Assembly (NCBI GenBank): GCA_023231475.1
Contig: JALJEE010000725.1
Span: 1-49,325 of the forward strand
DNA length: 49,325 bases
Source: Seison nebaliae
Taxonomy: Eukaryota
Direction of reading: 5' to 3'
Below the pieces are notes generated by a model. That model saw nothing but the letters and a program-made list of their open reading frames with translations, did no database searches and was not told the origin of the DNA. This document shows, piece after piece, positions 24,726 through 38,115 of the stretch; position 1 is the first letter of the stretch, and the number at the start of each line of letters is the position of its first letter. The translations under genes and the position numbers were made by a program.

Positions 24726-26207
24726 TCAAATAACTACGAGTGATTTAGTGAAGTCTTCCATGTAAGGTGAAATGGAGAAACGAGTCGCGAAATAAAATAT
24801 CATTCCAAATAGAATTGAGATTGGCAAAGCAGGTAATGCCTTCCCAACCATTGAGAGAATGATAAGAGTGAATGAGAGACCGATAAGAATGGCAACAAAA
24901 CACAAAATTGTTGTATTCCAATCATTACTTACTGATGCTTTCCCCACTAACAAACTATAAAAGACGAAGTCACCTAAACCCAATTTCACTCCACTCGTTT
25001 CATTATCATCTTCCCGCTCTTGTTGTTGTTGTTGTCGAATTATTGAGGGAGTGATATTATTTTGTCGTGTATCATCAGATGATTGATTGATTGTTCGATA
25101 ATTATTATTATTATTATTATTTTCAGTTGATGATAAAACGAAATTATTTGTTGTTGTTGTTTGATTTTGAATGTCGTTATCGTTGTCATCATTATCACAT
25201 AATGTATCGTGAGTTTTAGTTGAAAGAATGGAATAGATTAATGTGGAGGAATAAATGATAGCGGGAAATAATTCATCTCCACGTTCTTGTGCTGTTTCTA
25301 CCAGAATTCTCAATGGACCATGTGGACATAAAACGGCGATGAGATCCCAAATAGCGATAAAAGCCAAAAGTACCCAACCGGTCCATTCGGGTAGAAATTG
25401 AATAAATACTGAAGCTATCAATGCACTTACAAAAACTAAATAAAATTGTCGTACAATTAACGGACCTTTCCAATGAATCGACAACATTCCCACCACAGCG
25501 AAATTATAGAGTAGAAAGACAACGGTGAACATATCGATGATCGTAGAATTTCCAACTGAACATAAATCACATACTAAAGTGTAAGTAAACCAAGAGACGA
25601 GTAATAATGTGGAGAGGAATAACCAAATTGTTATAAATTTCATACAACGGAATTTGTACATGAGCACAAGAAATATCGTCATGACAACGACCACAGCAAT
25701 GAAAATGAGAGCATTGACAATTGCTTTCCATGTTCGAGCACCACTACTTTCATTATCATTCTCGTCATAGACGATGTAAGGCAATCGGGCATTATTCATC
25801 ATCGATTCATCACCTTTCAATTTCATAATAATCACCACACCAATCATACAAATGGAAACTGGAATATAAATTTGAATGATGGAATATGCCGAATATCGTC
25901 TCTCCATTCCGTTACTCTGTTCCATATTATTACCATTACTCCGATCTATTGGAGTTAATTCATCTTCAACTTGTGGTCTTGTCGGTGATGGTGATGGTGA
26001 CTCAATTGGTATTTCAACGGTACGAGCATTATATACAACTTCGTCACCTTCTGATGACTCTCCACCAATCGATTGTTTCGACGATTCAATATTCGGCTCA
26101 TTTCCACCATTCTCCAAAACATCCAAAATCGTTTGTTCATTATACCATTGTGTTCCTCGACTTCCATTATTCTCATTCAAATTCACTTTATATACTTTCT
26201 TCGCCAT
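24726..26207 (-). CDS. PSEN: Presenilin (gamma-secretase catalytic subunit), intronless CDS
   Basis: WDLIAVLCPHGPLRILVETAQER, GVKLGLGDFVFYS and ALPALPISI motifs; multiple TM helices. Confidence 0.98.
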   Translation of the reverse strand: MAKKVYKVNLNENNGSRGTQWYNEQTILDVLENGGNEPNIESSKQSIGGESSEGDEVVYNARTVEIPIESPSPSPTRPQVEDELTPIDRSNGNNMEQSNGMERRYSAYSIIQIYIPVSICMIGVVIIMKLKGDESMMNNARLPYIVYDENDNESSGARTWKAIVNALIFIAVVVVMTIFLVLMYKFRCMKFITIWLFLSTLLLVSWFTYTLVCDLCSVGNSTIIDMFTVVFLLYNFAVVGMLSIHWKGPLIVRQFYLVFVSALIASVFIQFLPEWTGWVLLAFIAIWDLIAVLCPHGPLRILVETAQERGDELFPAIIYSSTLIYSILSTKTHDTLCDNDDNDNDIQNQTTTTNNFVLSSTENNNNNNNYRTINQSSDDTRQNNITPSIIRQQQQQEREDDNETSGVKLGLGDFVFYSLLVGKASVSNDWNTTILCFVAILIGLSFTLIILSMVGKALPALPISILFGMIFYFATRFSISPYMEDFTKSLVVI

Positions 26208-29200
26208 CTTTTACAAATCGGAAGAAATTCAACAAGTCCTTTTTTCTCCTTTTCTACTTCATTCATTCATCATTCAACAATGTCATGTTTATAAATTTTT
26301 AAGAATTTTCTTCTTTCCAAAAATTTGGCTTGATTCGTCGAATTTCCTATTTACTTTTCTTCCCATACCACTAATTTGTTGACGATTATCGGACTTTAGA
26401 GAAAAGTAATTTCTGTTTATTTGACTCATCATGTGATTGAATGAGAATTACAAAGAAAACGAAATAATCTAAAAGAAATTATTTACCAATAATCATTTCG
26501 TCTCTTCGTTTCATTCGAGTTGACAATTAATTTCTCATTTAATATTTCCGTCATATCAAAAAATTTTCTCATTCTTTACGACCTAATTTTCTCTTTGAAA
26601 CAATAAACATTTTTATTTTCTATTTCTTTTTATGGAAGTTACCTTGAAATAATTGTGAAGATGATTTCGAATAATTTCTTCAAATTATCTCGAAAGACAA
26701 CTCTCCTCCCAATCGAACTAGCTAGCACATCACCATCTGGAATAAAATAAATAAAAAACTTCTTTTCTAATCAGAGTTAATTAATTTATTCCTAAAATAA
26801 TCAACAAGATAATCAGATGAAAATAAACGATATTTTATCTTCTCACTTTTCTATTTTTGGGAAAACTTAAAATTTTTTTGACTAAATGGAGAAATAATAT
26901 GAATTTAATCTTATCCGGAACATACATAAAATCGACCAACAGTTCTATTGCTAATAACACGAACATGTACACTATATAAGAGTAACATTAAATATTAGGC
27001 GAATATCTCGTTTTGTGTCGACACAACTACATCACGAACTATAACAATACCATAGAAAGGATTTGTTTTTCAATTAATTTTATTGTTAGAACATGAAAAC
27101 TAATGAATGAGGAATTTTTGATTTCGTAATGATCCTTCAGGTCCATTAAATGGAACAATTTTAATTGGAATTGAAGCATGAACAATCATCGATCATCGTA
27201 CAAATGTCATCAGAGTCGCATAAATTAAATTTTCTTCATCAGAATTTGTTAACTATTCAAATCTCTCGGTGGTCATTGAGAGTTAGCGAGAGGAAGTGTT
27301 GTCGATAACACTATTTATTTTTAGATTATTATTAAATATTAAGAGATGAATGGAAAGATTTTTTTTTTCATTTCGAGAGGTGATATTCAATTGAAGGTCA
27401 TCCAAACTTTTATATTCTGTTAAATATAAATATTTTCCTCGTTCAAACACCAACGAAGCAACCAACCCCTCCTCATCGAATGTCTGTATGTTGTGTAAGT
27501 TGGGAGGACGATGTGTAGCAATAGCAGGGAGAAGTAGATTAATGAGAATGAGAAGAATTGTCCCTAATTTTTCTTAATAAATCGATTTGTCTTATCTTAT
27601 ATTCGGAGATTGGTTAGAACAAATGAAATAATTTTTAATTATCGTTCACAAATTTAATAAGTTTGATGAGAGGTGGACCTTTTAAGACGATTTTAATTTT
27701 ACTAACATAATCATTTAAATCTCCTTCTCTTTTAATTCGATAAAATTGTTAATTGATTGTTTACAATTTGAGATTTACATCTCAATCAATCGGTCATCTT
27801 AATAGAAATTTAAATTTTAATGTTATTCAATGAAAATCATTTTGATATAATCTCGAAAATCGATCAATTTTTATGAGAACACTCTATTATTTGTATTTAT
27901 TGAAATCGTTTCATTATGTAACTATTATCAAAGGAATAAACAGTATTTGCACTTTTCCTTCATGAGTCATCCATATACATGGATCTACTTTAACCTCCTA
28001 AGACTTCCCGATTGGGATAACCTTGAATATAGATAAGTTTTGGTTTAATTTATTCCCTTCTTTTCCGATGAGCAATAATTTTCCTTCTCAATTCCCCCAA
28101 AGTTCTTTCGTATAATTGACTCTAATAAATCTTTTCTGCTAATCAAAGAAAAACAGTGAACTCTTCATCATCATCCAATTCAGAACAATCATATTGAACT
28201 GAAAATGATTCTATCACATTCACTCGATCACCTTCTTTTTTGAAATTAGAAAGAGAATTGAGAAAGATTCCATTTTGTCTTCTTTCCAATCGTCTCATTC
28301 AACATTTGTGTGCTCGATTCATATCGGAGTTATCAAATGAGAAATTTCATTTTTGAAATTGAGTAGTGTAGAAAGGTAAATAAATTTATCTTTATTTTCC
28401 ACAGGGAGATTTTCTTGAAACGATTTATAAAATTTTTTTCATTTTCACGTTTAATAAACAGTTTGTATTACAATTGAATTGTCAATAAATGGGCGCGAAT
28501 CCAGTGAATGATCGGAGTGATACTCCGTTTGATAAGATGTCATAGAATTACATTCGCAATATTTATCTTTCGTTGCAATTCGATGAATGCATTCTTATCA
28601 TTCCGATTCCCATTTTTCTTTTTCATTTCATTCATTCGACTCCTGATACATTTCTGAACTTTTTACTTTCCTTCCATTCCATATTAGCTCAATAACGAAC
28701 AACCCTATACTATTACACTTAATACCATCTTCAACATCATTATGAACATCTTCGAAAAAGTAGAAACTACTTTCTTGATTACACTTCTCATCTCGTCTAT
28801 TCCCCTAATAACAACTTAACGTCTTTGTAAACTGTGAGACTCATAAAGATTAAATCGCCGAAATTTTTTATCTTATCACCCAAAACTGATGTTAAATTTG
28901 AATGAGTTTCATTTCTTTCCTAATTCACTTGATATTCTCCCCTCGAAAACTTACAATTCCTTCTCGTAAATGTAATGAATTTGATGAAAGGAAAAATTTT
29001 TTCATTTTGATGATAGTTCAAGGTAGATGAAATTCATATTTACCTTCTCTCTTGAAATTTGTTACCTAATTTTTGTGGTGTCTTCCTAATCGTTGTCTAA
29101 TATTACAGTCAATCTTCAAAAGTAAAAATTTTGATAAGAAATGTCAGACAAATGATATCTTATCCAAATGGTGATGATTCGGAGAGTAATGATACTGAAC

Positions 29201-29668
29201 TCAAATTATCGAATGATTTTTATTGAATTGTAATTGAATTGTGATTGAATTTAATTAAATATTTTGATTTTGATATGTTAATTAAAATTTTCATATGTTA
29301 GTTGAGCGTCCTCCAACTGTGAATGGTGTGTACTGTTATTATTGTTGATGGTGATGATGATATAATAAGTAGAAGGACTGACTACCATCATGAGTATAAT
29401 GATGAAAAAAATAATTAACATTTTCCCATTTCTCTTTTCAAACGATCCTCTTCTCTCATTATCACTCCTCATCTGTTGACGTTATAGTCGTTCTATTATC
29501 TGCCTCATTGTATCGTTGTCATGTCATTCATTCGATCATCATTGACATAATGTTTACATTTATAGAATTCTGTTCATAGATACGTCGAAGTTCTATTACA
29601 AGACACATCATTGTCGAATAAAGAAAATCATTGAATAAAGAAATCGTTAAAGTTGAAGTGGACGAAGA

Positions 29669-32600
29669 ATGGTTCGGATCATATTTCTCCTTCTATTTCT
29701 CGTCTCTTACGGAACGGCATTCAACGAACTTATCTCAAATTCCACCATCAATTTCGCACAAAGTTACGTATCTTTAACGTCTCCTCTTAAAAATACTTCT
29801 GCCTTCCCGATCGACAATTCCCGATTTTTCTTAACTGTACCATCTCATGATAATTTCCGATAAACTACCGTTTGATGATAATTTCTTCAACTTAATTTAA
29901 TTTCATTAATGATATGGAAGATAGCTTTCTCAGATGACTATTACGATATCGACTACGATGGATATTATTTGAGAGATAATGACGTTGTCGATAATGATGA
30001 TGATAATGTCGATGATATCACTATCGATAATGATTTATTGAGTCTCATCTTCTCATTGAAGGATGAGAATTTTGATTCGAATAATTTCATTAATAAATTA
30101 TTGGTTTCTCAAAGAAATAATTTCATTCCACCAACAACATCAAATTATGAGTTTCCATCATTCCACTTCTCTGACTTCACATACACCTCCCTTCTTAAAA
30201 CTACCAAAAATAGTAAGTCTTATTTTAAATAGTAACTGGTGAAAGGACTTAATCATTAATGGAATAACTAATCCATAATTAATAACAAATTCATTTAAAT
30301 TACTATCATTCTTTCAGTTTGTTATGGCGAACGATTTACTTCACATTCGACCGAGTCGTTTCAACATCAATTCCAATCATTTGCTCGAGTTTATCAAAAA
30401 TGTAACATCATGGTGGGAGATCTGATTATCACAAATACCTTAATTCCTCATCGAGTAAATTTCACCGATATCTTTGCCAATTTATTGGAGATAACTGGTC
30501 GATTAATTATATCAAATAATCATTATCTGGAGAATGATGAGGAACTAGTCATTAATTTTCCAAATCTCATGATCATTCGAGGTGATACGCGCGATTCAAT
30601 TATGAAGAATTTGAATGAAAATCAAAAGCCATATTCTTTATTCTTCTTCCATAATACTAGAATCGTGATACAATACCCGAAATTACAATGGATCATGAAT
30701 CTCGACATTCTTTACGAATATCTCGATTCAATTTGTACTCCAAATATCATTGAAGCCAAACGATATTTCTCCCAACGTTCTTATCAACGAGGAACGAAAA
30801 TACATTTGACGTCATCCTGTTTCCATTTTTTTCATTACGAAATCAACGAAAAATTATTCATTTGAAATTTTCAGGTAAAAATGGTGAGAAATGTAATGAG
30901 ACATGTTGTAATGAAAAAACTGGTTGTCATTGTCTAACTAATCAAGCTCACGATTGTATTTTCGGTTAATTTTAAAAATTTCAAATTTTTCCAATTTTCC
31001 ATCTAAAAAGATAATAAATTACGGAGATGCGACTTATGTGATGGAACCCATTGCTATTCATCTCAACTTAAATTGGAAGTGAATGATAGAGATGATTTGT
31101 TAAGTCTAATCGACAAAGCGGAACAATTCAACAAAAGTCAAGATTCGAAAGCTGAAAAATATAATTGTTGTTCATCTTCTTGTCTCGTCGGTTGTTTCAA
31201 TTCAATTCCCGGTTCTTGTTATGTTGGTATTTTGTTTTTTATCACATTCCCCTTAATCATTTACATTTTCCAGTTCTGTAGTCACATGAGGAATTATGAA
31301 ACGATGGAATGCGTTGACGATTGTCAAGGTAAATTGAACACTGGTGGTTTTGTTCGAACGGGAAGTTTCTGTGTGAGAAAATGTCCTAGTTAAATAAATT
31401 AAAAATTATTTAAAATATTGAAAAATTTATACATATCGTCATAGATGGATTGTTGAGATTTAATAATCAATGTGTACTTGATTGTCAGCGTGTTGGCGGT
31501 TATGCTGATTATACCAAGAGAATATGTAGGAAATGTGTTGAATCATATAACATGAAATTGTTGGGTGATGAAATATATTGTGACGATCTTTGTTATCCAC
31601 CACCTCAGCAATGGCTTCAGGGTAAATATATAATGGAAGAAATACTGTCTAGAAATACTTCTTGTAAATATCTGGATGGGCCATTAAACATGGTGGGAGC
31701 GTCATATAGTTAAGCTTTTTGACTTTTCTAATAACTCGTAACTCGTTTCTTAGATACCGAAAATATTACTTGGAAATTATTGAATGAATCATTCCATGAT
31801 TTGGAAAGTGTTAAATCGATACGTATCTCAACTCCGGAAAAGAATTTCAATTTGACTTTTTTGAAAAATCTGAAACAACTCCAATTAAAAGGAACCGCTT
31901 GTACAATCACATTGGTTAAGACGGAAGTTGAATCGTTGGCAGGACTGGAGAATATCAAAGATTTCGATAACCAAACGATTTGTTTATCCTCCAATCTTAA
32001 TATGTGTCTACCGAAAAAGGAATATCTTAAAACTTACCGGAATGGCAATATCGTTGTTCGACGAATGAAATCCACAGATTGGTGTCGTTAGTCAATTTTA
32101 ATTATCTTTTTCTTTTTATGGACTTATTCTTTAGATTGTCATCCAGAATGTCTTCATGAAGAAGGCGGTTGTTTAGCGCCCGATAGTCCACATAGTTGTT
32201 TAAAATGTAAAACATATACATATGTCAATGATACGTGCGCAAGTGAATGTGATCGTGGTTTCTATCTAAATACAACGACTTGTTTTCAATGTCATGATGA
32301 ATGTGTCGATTGTATTGACGAGGGTTCCACCAAATGTTTTAATTGTCGAAATTTTTATGATATTTCCCATAATGATTGCGTGAATAAATGTGGCAATGTG
32401 ATGAAATTAAAAACTAATAAGCCTAAAGACTCACTAGCCAACACCAAATTGCAATTTCAATTACCTAATGATATTCGAACGGTTTTCAACCAATTAATTA
32501 TGCCGAATGACATTTCCGGTTGTATCAATTGTAATAACAATTGTGATGGGTATATGACGATTGATGAGAGTAAGATGGATTCCCTTAAAATATCCAGCGA

Positions 32601-35600
32601 TTGTTCGAGTCGAATGAATGTGAAAGAATTCGGAGAGAAATTTCCAACAAATTCAAATAATTTCATGGAATTATATTCATTTTGTCGCATGTGGGACACT
32701 GAAGAAGCAATTCATATTTTCCTTCCAGAAACTCAATCTACGTCAAAATTTGTTCCATATAATAATAATCAATGTTTGTTCGTTTTAAGAAAACCATCAG
32801 AACGGAAAAATGCAACGAAACATCTTTGCTTATCTTCAACATCTCGTCTGGAGAATGTTCAAATAAAGAGTTATCTTCTCACTTTCAATAAGTTGTTAGA
32901 TGAAATTTACTTCGATCTCTTACCAAATCAATCGAACAAATTAACTTTTACTAATATTTTCGATTATTTCGTCTATCTCACCGAATATGTGACGACGAAA
33001 CGAAGTCTGAGGAAAACGCAACGAAATTTCGCTTCATGCGCTACTGGTTGTTCGAAATGTATCGGACATATTTGTATGATTTGTAAAAGTGGTTATTATC
33101 TGAATATAGATAAAGAATGTGTTACTAATTGTCCGTTATCTTATTATCCGTCGTCAACGAATGGATCGATTAATGAATTATTGAAAAATTATTTAGAAGA
33201 GATTGGAAGTAAACAATTAGATGGAATTGAAACTCTTTATCTTGTAGATGAAATTAATGACGAATTATCATCGATATCAAATAAATCTGATAAGGAATTG
33301 ACTGAATCGTATCAAATAATTTCTCATAATCTTTTCCGTCTCATTGTTATTGGACAAACGAAAAATTCTTCTCATCATCTTTTACATCTTCAACTCTTCA
33401 CCGATTCAGTTACACCAACTTGTTTACCTTGTGCTGATGGTTGTGGACGATGTGATGGTGATTTATATGAGAATTGTATGGAATGTATTCATGCCTCAGA
33501 AGTGAGAGATTCGATAAATGTTTGTGTGAAACGATGCCGTTTAGGACATATCGTTAAAGATATCGATGGAAGGAAAGTTTGTGTAATAAACAAAATAAAT
33601 TATGTTTTATATGCAATTTATGCGGCTGTCGCCGTATTCTTGTTAATAATTGCTATTGCTCTCTCTTATCTCGTTTATAAACGATGGAAAGCACAAGCTC
33701 GATCGAAACTTTATCGGAAATATATCGAAACTGATACGATTTTGGTTAGAATTTATATTAATAACAATTCAGAAAATTTGAATATTTCCATTCATTTTAG
33801 CAATATTCTTCGTATTCGAATAATGAGAATTCAAATTTCATCATCATTCCTCAGAAATATTTGAAAATTATTCGTAGAGTTGGTGGTGGTGCTTTTGGTG
33901 GTGTTTATTTCGTTAGTTTACCTATTTTCAATGAGTAAACTAACATTCTCAATTTATTGTTGTTAGGGATATTTGGAAATTGAAAATGATTATGGACAAT
34001 TGCCAGTTGCCATTAAAGTATTAAATGAAAAAGTTTTTGGAAAAGTTACTGAAATTGATCAACTGCTCTTGAATGGGAATGGAACAACAAGTGAAAATAA
34101 TGAGAATTCTGATACGACGACTTGTGAGAAAGCGATGGAAATTTTGAAAGAAGCATCGACTATGGCTCGAATCCAACATAAATTCTGTATCAAATTTCTC
34201 GGAGTTACCGTTCAGCAACCGTTATGTATAGCAACCGAATATGCGGCATTAGGCAGCCTCACTGATTATATGGAAAAGAGGAAAAATAAATCGAGTAAAT
34301 CACAACCGGTCAATTCGTTACAAATTATCCTTTGGAGTTTACAGATAGCAAAAGCAATGAAGTTCCTTCATCGTCACGGAATCATCCATCGTGATTTAGC
34401 TGCGAGAAATGTTCTGGTTTGTGAAACGTATCTAGTAAAAGTTGCTGATTTCGGATTGAGTCACATTTTATGTCGAGAAGAAAATGAATTTACAGAAAAT
34501 CGTTCAAATTTTATCCCAATATTTATCTTATTTTTTTTATTCTCTTTCTAAAGAACAACAAATATTACCAGTAAGATCGATGGCAATTGAATCGTTAACA
34601 GAAAGACGATTCAATGAAAAAACAGATGTATGGTCTTATGGTTTCTTTTATTGTTAACCGAAATTTTTAAACTTTTATTTTTAGGTATTACTATTTGGGA
34701 GATATGTACATTCTGTGAGACACCTTACTCACAAATTCAAATGACTCATATTTTAAATTTCTTAAAAGCTGGAAATCGCTTACAACAACCGTTAATGTGT
34801 ACCGTCGATTTCTTTAATCTTCTTATTCTCTGTTAGTAGTTCTGTTTTATTTAAGATAAATGTTTCATGAATTAGGTTGGATGAGTAATCCGGAACAGAG
34901 ACCGACGTTCGATCATATCGCGAATGAAGTGGAGAAAATGATAACATCACCGAGGAAATATATTGTGATAAAAGATGATCGATTTCCATTAACAATTAAT
35001 CGAACAAAATATGTCAATGACAATGATGATGATGATGTGAATGATGATACGAAGATTGAATTGAACGATATGAAAGCGAACAAAATGTACGGAAAGAAGA
35101 ACGAAAGTGAACCGTTATTATGGCAAAAGAACAGTATGGCATCTAAACAAATTAGTCAACAAACGAATTATCCCGCTTCCTCCGTTTATACATATAACAG
35201 TTACTCAATAGTTGGAAATGATAATAATAAATTCAATTATCCTTCAAATGACAATAGCAATACAAATAGTATTTATAATATGAACGGTCTCAATACTTAT
35301 CATTCACCTTCAAATAATAATAGTATAAATAATTATAATATTCCAATAAATACAATTAACAGTTCGAATAATTATAATATTCCAATAAATACAGATAACA
35401 GTTCAAATAATTATAATATTCCTAATTCATCTTCACCCAAATGCCAAGAACTTAATTCAACACAGTCATATCTCATACCATCAAATAGTTCGACAGGAAC
35501 CGATTCTAGTTACATTTAATTTAATTTTTCAAATTTTCATTTTCTTTTTTTCAGGTACAAATTACTTACTTCCCAAATCATCCCAATCCCAAGTGAAAAA

Positions 35601-35673
35601 TAATCCTGAATTTCCTTTCTTTAATTCCGTCAATTCATCAGAACAATATGACGATGTGGCACCAGAATCATGA
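29669..35673 (+). CDS. EGFR/ErbB-like receptor tyrosine kinase, about 15 exons
   Basis: Signal peptide; L-domain start ICYG...YQKCNIMVGDLIITN; furin-like Cys repeats; second L domain; TM; kinase motifs GGGAFG, PVAIKVL, HRDLAARNVLV, KVADFGL, DVWSYGITIWE; MITSPRKYIVI (ErbB-like); Tyr-rich tail. Last exon inferred. Confidence 0.9.
35328..35426 (+). repeat. 39-bp coding tandem repeat (about 2.5 copies) encoding NNYNIP...
   Basis: Units start at 35328, 35367 and 35406 in the RTK cytoplasmic tail. Confidence 0.85.
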
Positions 35674-36491
35674 CGAGGTCAATGTCTTTAGGGTAACGAA
35701 CTTCTCGAGTGAAATTATATTTATGGATTTAATTTTCATAATTATGGAAAATTTTCATTTTATTTTGTAAAAGTTTTTTATTCATCGTGTCTCAAATTTT
35801 CTTTACTTTAAATTTTACTAATAAAACTTTCTATTATGATTTTCTAACATTATTTTATATATGAAATTATTATTTTCCCTCATAAAATTGATGGAATGGA
35901 AATTGTTTGAATAATATTTTTTATTTATGAAGAAAATTAAATTTAGAATCATTGTGAATGATATTTTATAGAAAATACGGTTTTTTTTAGTGCACTCGAA
36001 ATGCACAACGCAATGATGATATGAAAATAATTTAGTAGAAGAAAGTAGAGAAGACGTGCATAAGCATCAAGAAAAATTAAAGAATTTGAATAAAATCCAA
36101 AATTGAACGAATTCAAAAATTTCCATCAATCGATAAATCGAAATGAATGGAAATCAATCATTAAAGGATTTATATTAAATTTGTAAGTGATGCTGAATTA
36201 ATTGAATGTTAAGAATAAAGAGATGAATCTGAATTTTACTCTGTGTCTTGAATGTAAAAAGGTGTAGGAAGTGAGCAATAGAAAAAATAAAATTGATTAA
36301 TTCGAAAAAAAAGAAAAGGTAAAAATGCGATAACAATAATTCTGATAATTTATTCAAGTTGATGGGAGAGAAAAATGGGAGAAATGTTTATTTCATCCAT
36401 TACACTTCATGTCGATAAAGAGGTGAATGTCATTTTTAAATATCTATCAATCATTAGCATTCTCATACGATTTCTCGACGATTCCATTTAA

Positions 36492-37081
36492 TTAGAGAGT
36501 CCCATTAAATTTATCTGAAATGATATCAACAATATCTAATTCAGCGAACGAAGTTGCTTGAATTTCATCCTGGATTCCCACCAATTTCTTCTTCAAAGCG
36601 TCCTTACTACTCGCCAATAACATTTTCGGTTTCACCGGTAAATTTTCAGGTGCCCTAGAAAGGATCATTTGAAAATCATTTTCATCTTCTTTTCAACTAA
36701 CCAACTCAACAAACATAGTTTGGTTCGAGGACCTTCATTTGTCATAAAATGAATATCTACCACAGCATATCTGACATCGTCTTTTGGCAAGTCATCAATC
36801 AATTCTTGCCATTGTTCCACTGAAAAATCATTCAAATATTTCTATTATATGAAAATTTAACTTTTCTCTTTTGGTGGAGCTGATGCATTTGCCTTTCTCT
36901 TGTGCACACTCTTCACAATGATTTTTTCAAGATCATTAGAAAATCCGAAAGTGAGGAATGCTTCATTCTTTCTCAATTTCATCTCTTGATATGCTTCAAT
37001 GCATTCATCAGCTACTTTTACACCTGATGCCTTAAAGAATAATGATGATAATGATGAGGAAAACGATGGAAATCAAACCAT
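36492..37081 (-). CDS. ADF/cofilin (4 exons, first coding exon is ATG only); absent from the ORF track
   Basis: Spliced: MASGVKVADECIEAYQEMKLRK...LPKDDVRYAVVDIHF...WAPENLPVKPKMLLASSKDALKKKLVGIQDEIQATSFAELD. Confidence 0.95.
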
Positions 37082-37429
37082 TATCAATTAAAAGTGTTGA
37101 GGGAACAAAAAAATTTTAATAAAAAATAATCTAATTCCAAAAGAAGAAATTTTATATTAAAGTTCAAACTGATATGAGATAAATGAGGCAAATAAGCAAA
37201 GGAGGAGATTAATGAAATGAACGTATCGAGAGAAAAATTTAAAAAGAAAACTTTTGAGAATACGTTGCAGCAGCAACGAAAAGAAGAAAATTTTATAAAG
37301 AATAGCACGTTAATCGACCTATCTATTACTCATTCGTTCAACAATTCGTAGATAATCATGTTCTCGGTTGTCTGAACGTACTACTGTAAATTTCAGCTTT
37401 CCAATTGACCAATATTCAAATTTTAAGCT

Positions 37430-37925
37430 TCCAACTCTCAGATGACCATTACCAGCAGCAAATCTGTTAAAAGTCCTAATGATGTTGATAATGTAAATAA
37501 CATCTTTTCTTACATTCAAACATATTTCATACTTTCATCTTCGCATACATATATTGAAAAAATAGATTGTATCTTCTCCAAACGGCCAAAATTTTCCACA
37601 ATCGTAAAACGCACACTATATCTGTCATTTCATCCATGTACATATGTAGGTTGGTGAGAATAAAATTAATGTGAACAGACTTAAATGTTCATGTAAATTC
37701 ATTTTCTTTCCCACTCTTTATATACTCCAACAATTTACATGAACTCACACTTATGTATTATGGTTGGTCACATTCTGACAAAGATATCATTTCCCTCAAA
37801 TTTATTTCCATATTTGGCAATATTAAGAAATTTGTTTATCTCCATAAATGGATTTTTTGCCTTTTTCGAGTGATTGCTCTTACTATGACAAATATTTAAA
37901 ATACTTCTAAACCATTTAAATTTGT
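37430..37925 (-). mobile_element. Possible decayed non-LTR retrotransposon fragment (RT C-terminal region)
   Basis: Interrupted frames give FKYLS, KKAKNPFMEINKFL, PTIIHKCEF and YVHG*NDRYSV in the order of the LINE RT motifs FKYLG / KA..AF / PIL.YG.E / VYGELGRYPL. Confidence 0.4.
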
Positions 37926-38115
37926 CTTATTAGAAATTTCAAATGTTAAGCTTTTAAATCACATAAAAGTTTTTTTTTTTTGAAATTAAAATCCGGAAAA
38001 TTCAATTTTCCGTCTTTTTTGATTGTGAACATTTATTTATTTTTAAAAATCGATTTTTTTTTAAATTACAAATTCGAAAAAAATTGATAGATGAGGATTA
38101 CCAAAAAATTTCATA

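Noticed and set aside
25340..25352. Presenilin WD instead of YD at the first catalytic Asp
   Set aside because: WD is normal in invertebrate presenilins such as fly and nematode.
29171..29230. C/D-box snoRNA candidate (GTGATGA...CTGA)
   Set aside because: No terminal D box or closing stem; likely chance.
37032..37081. ATG-only first coding exon of cofilin
   Set aside because: A well-known conserved feature of ADF/cofilin genes.
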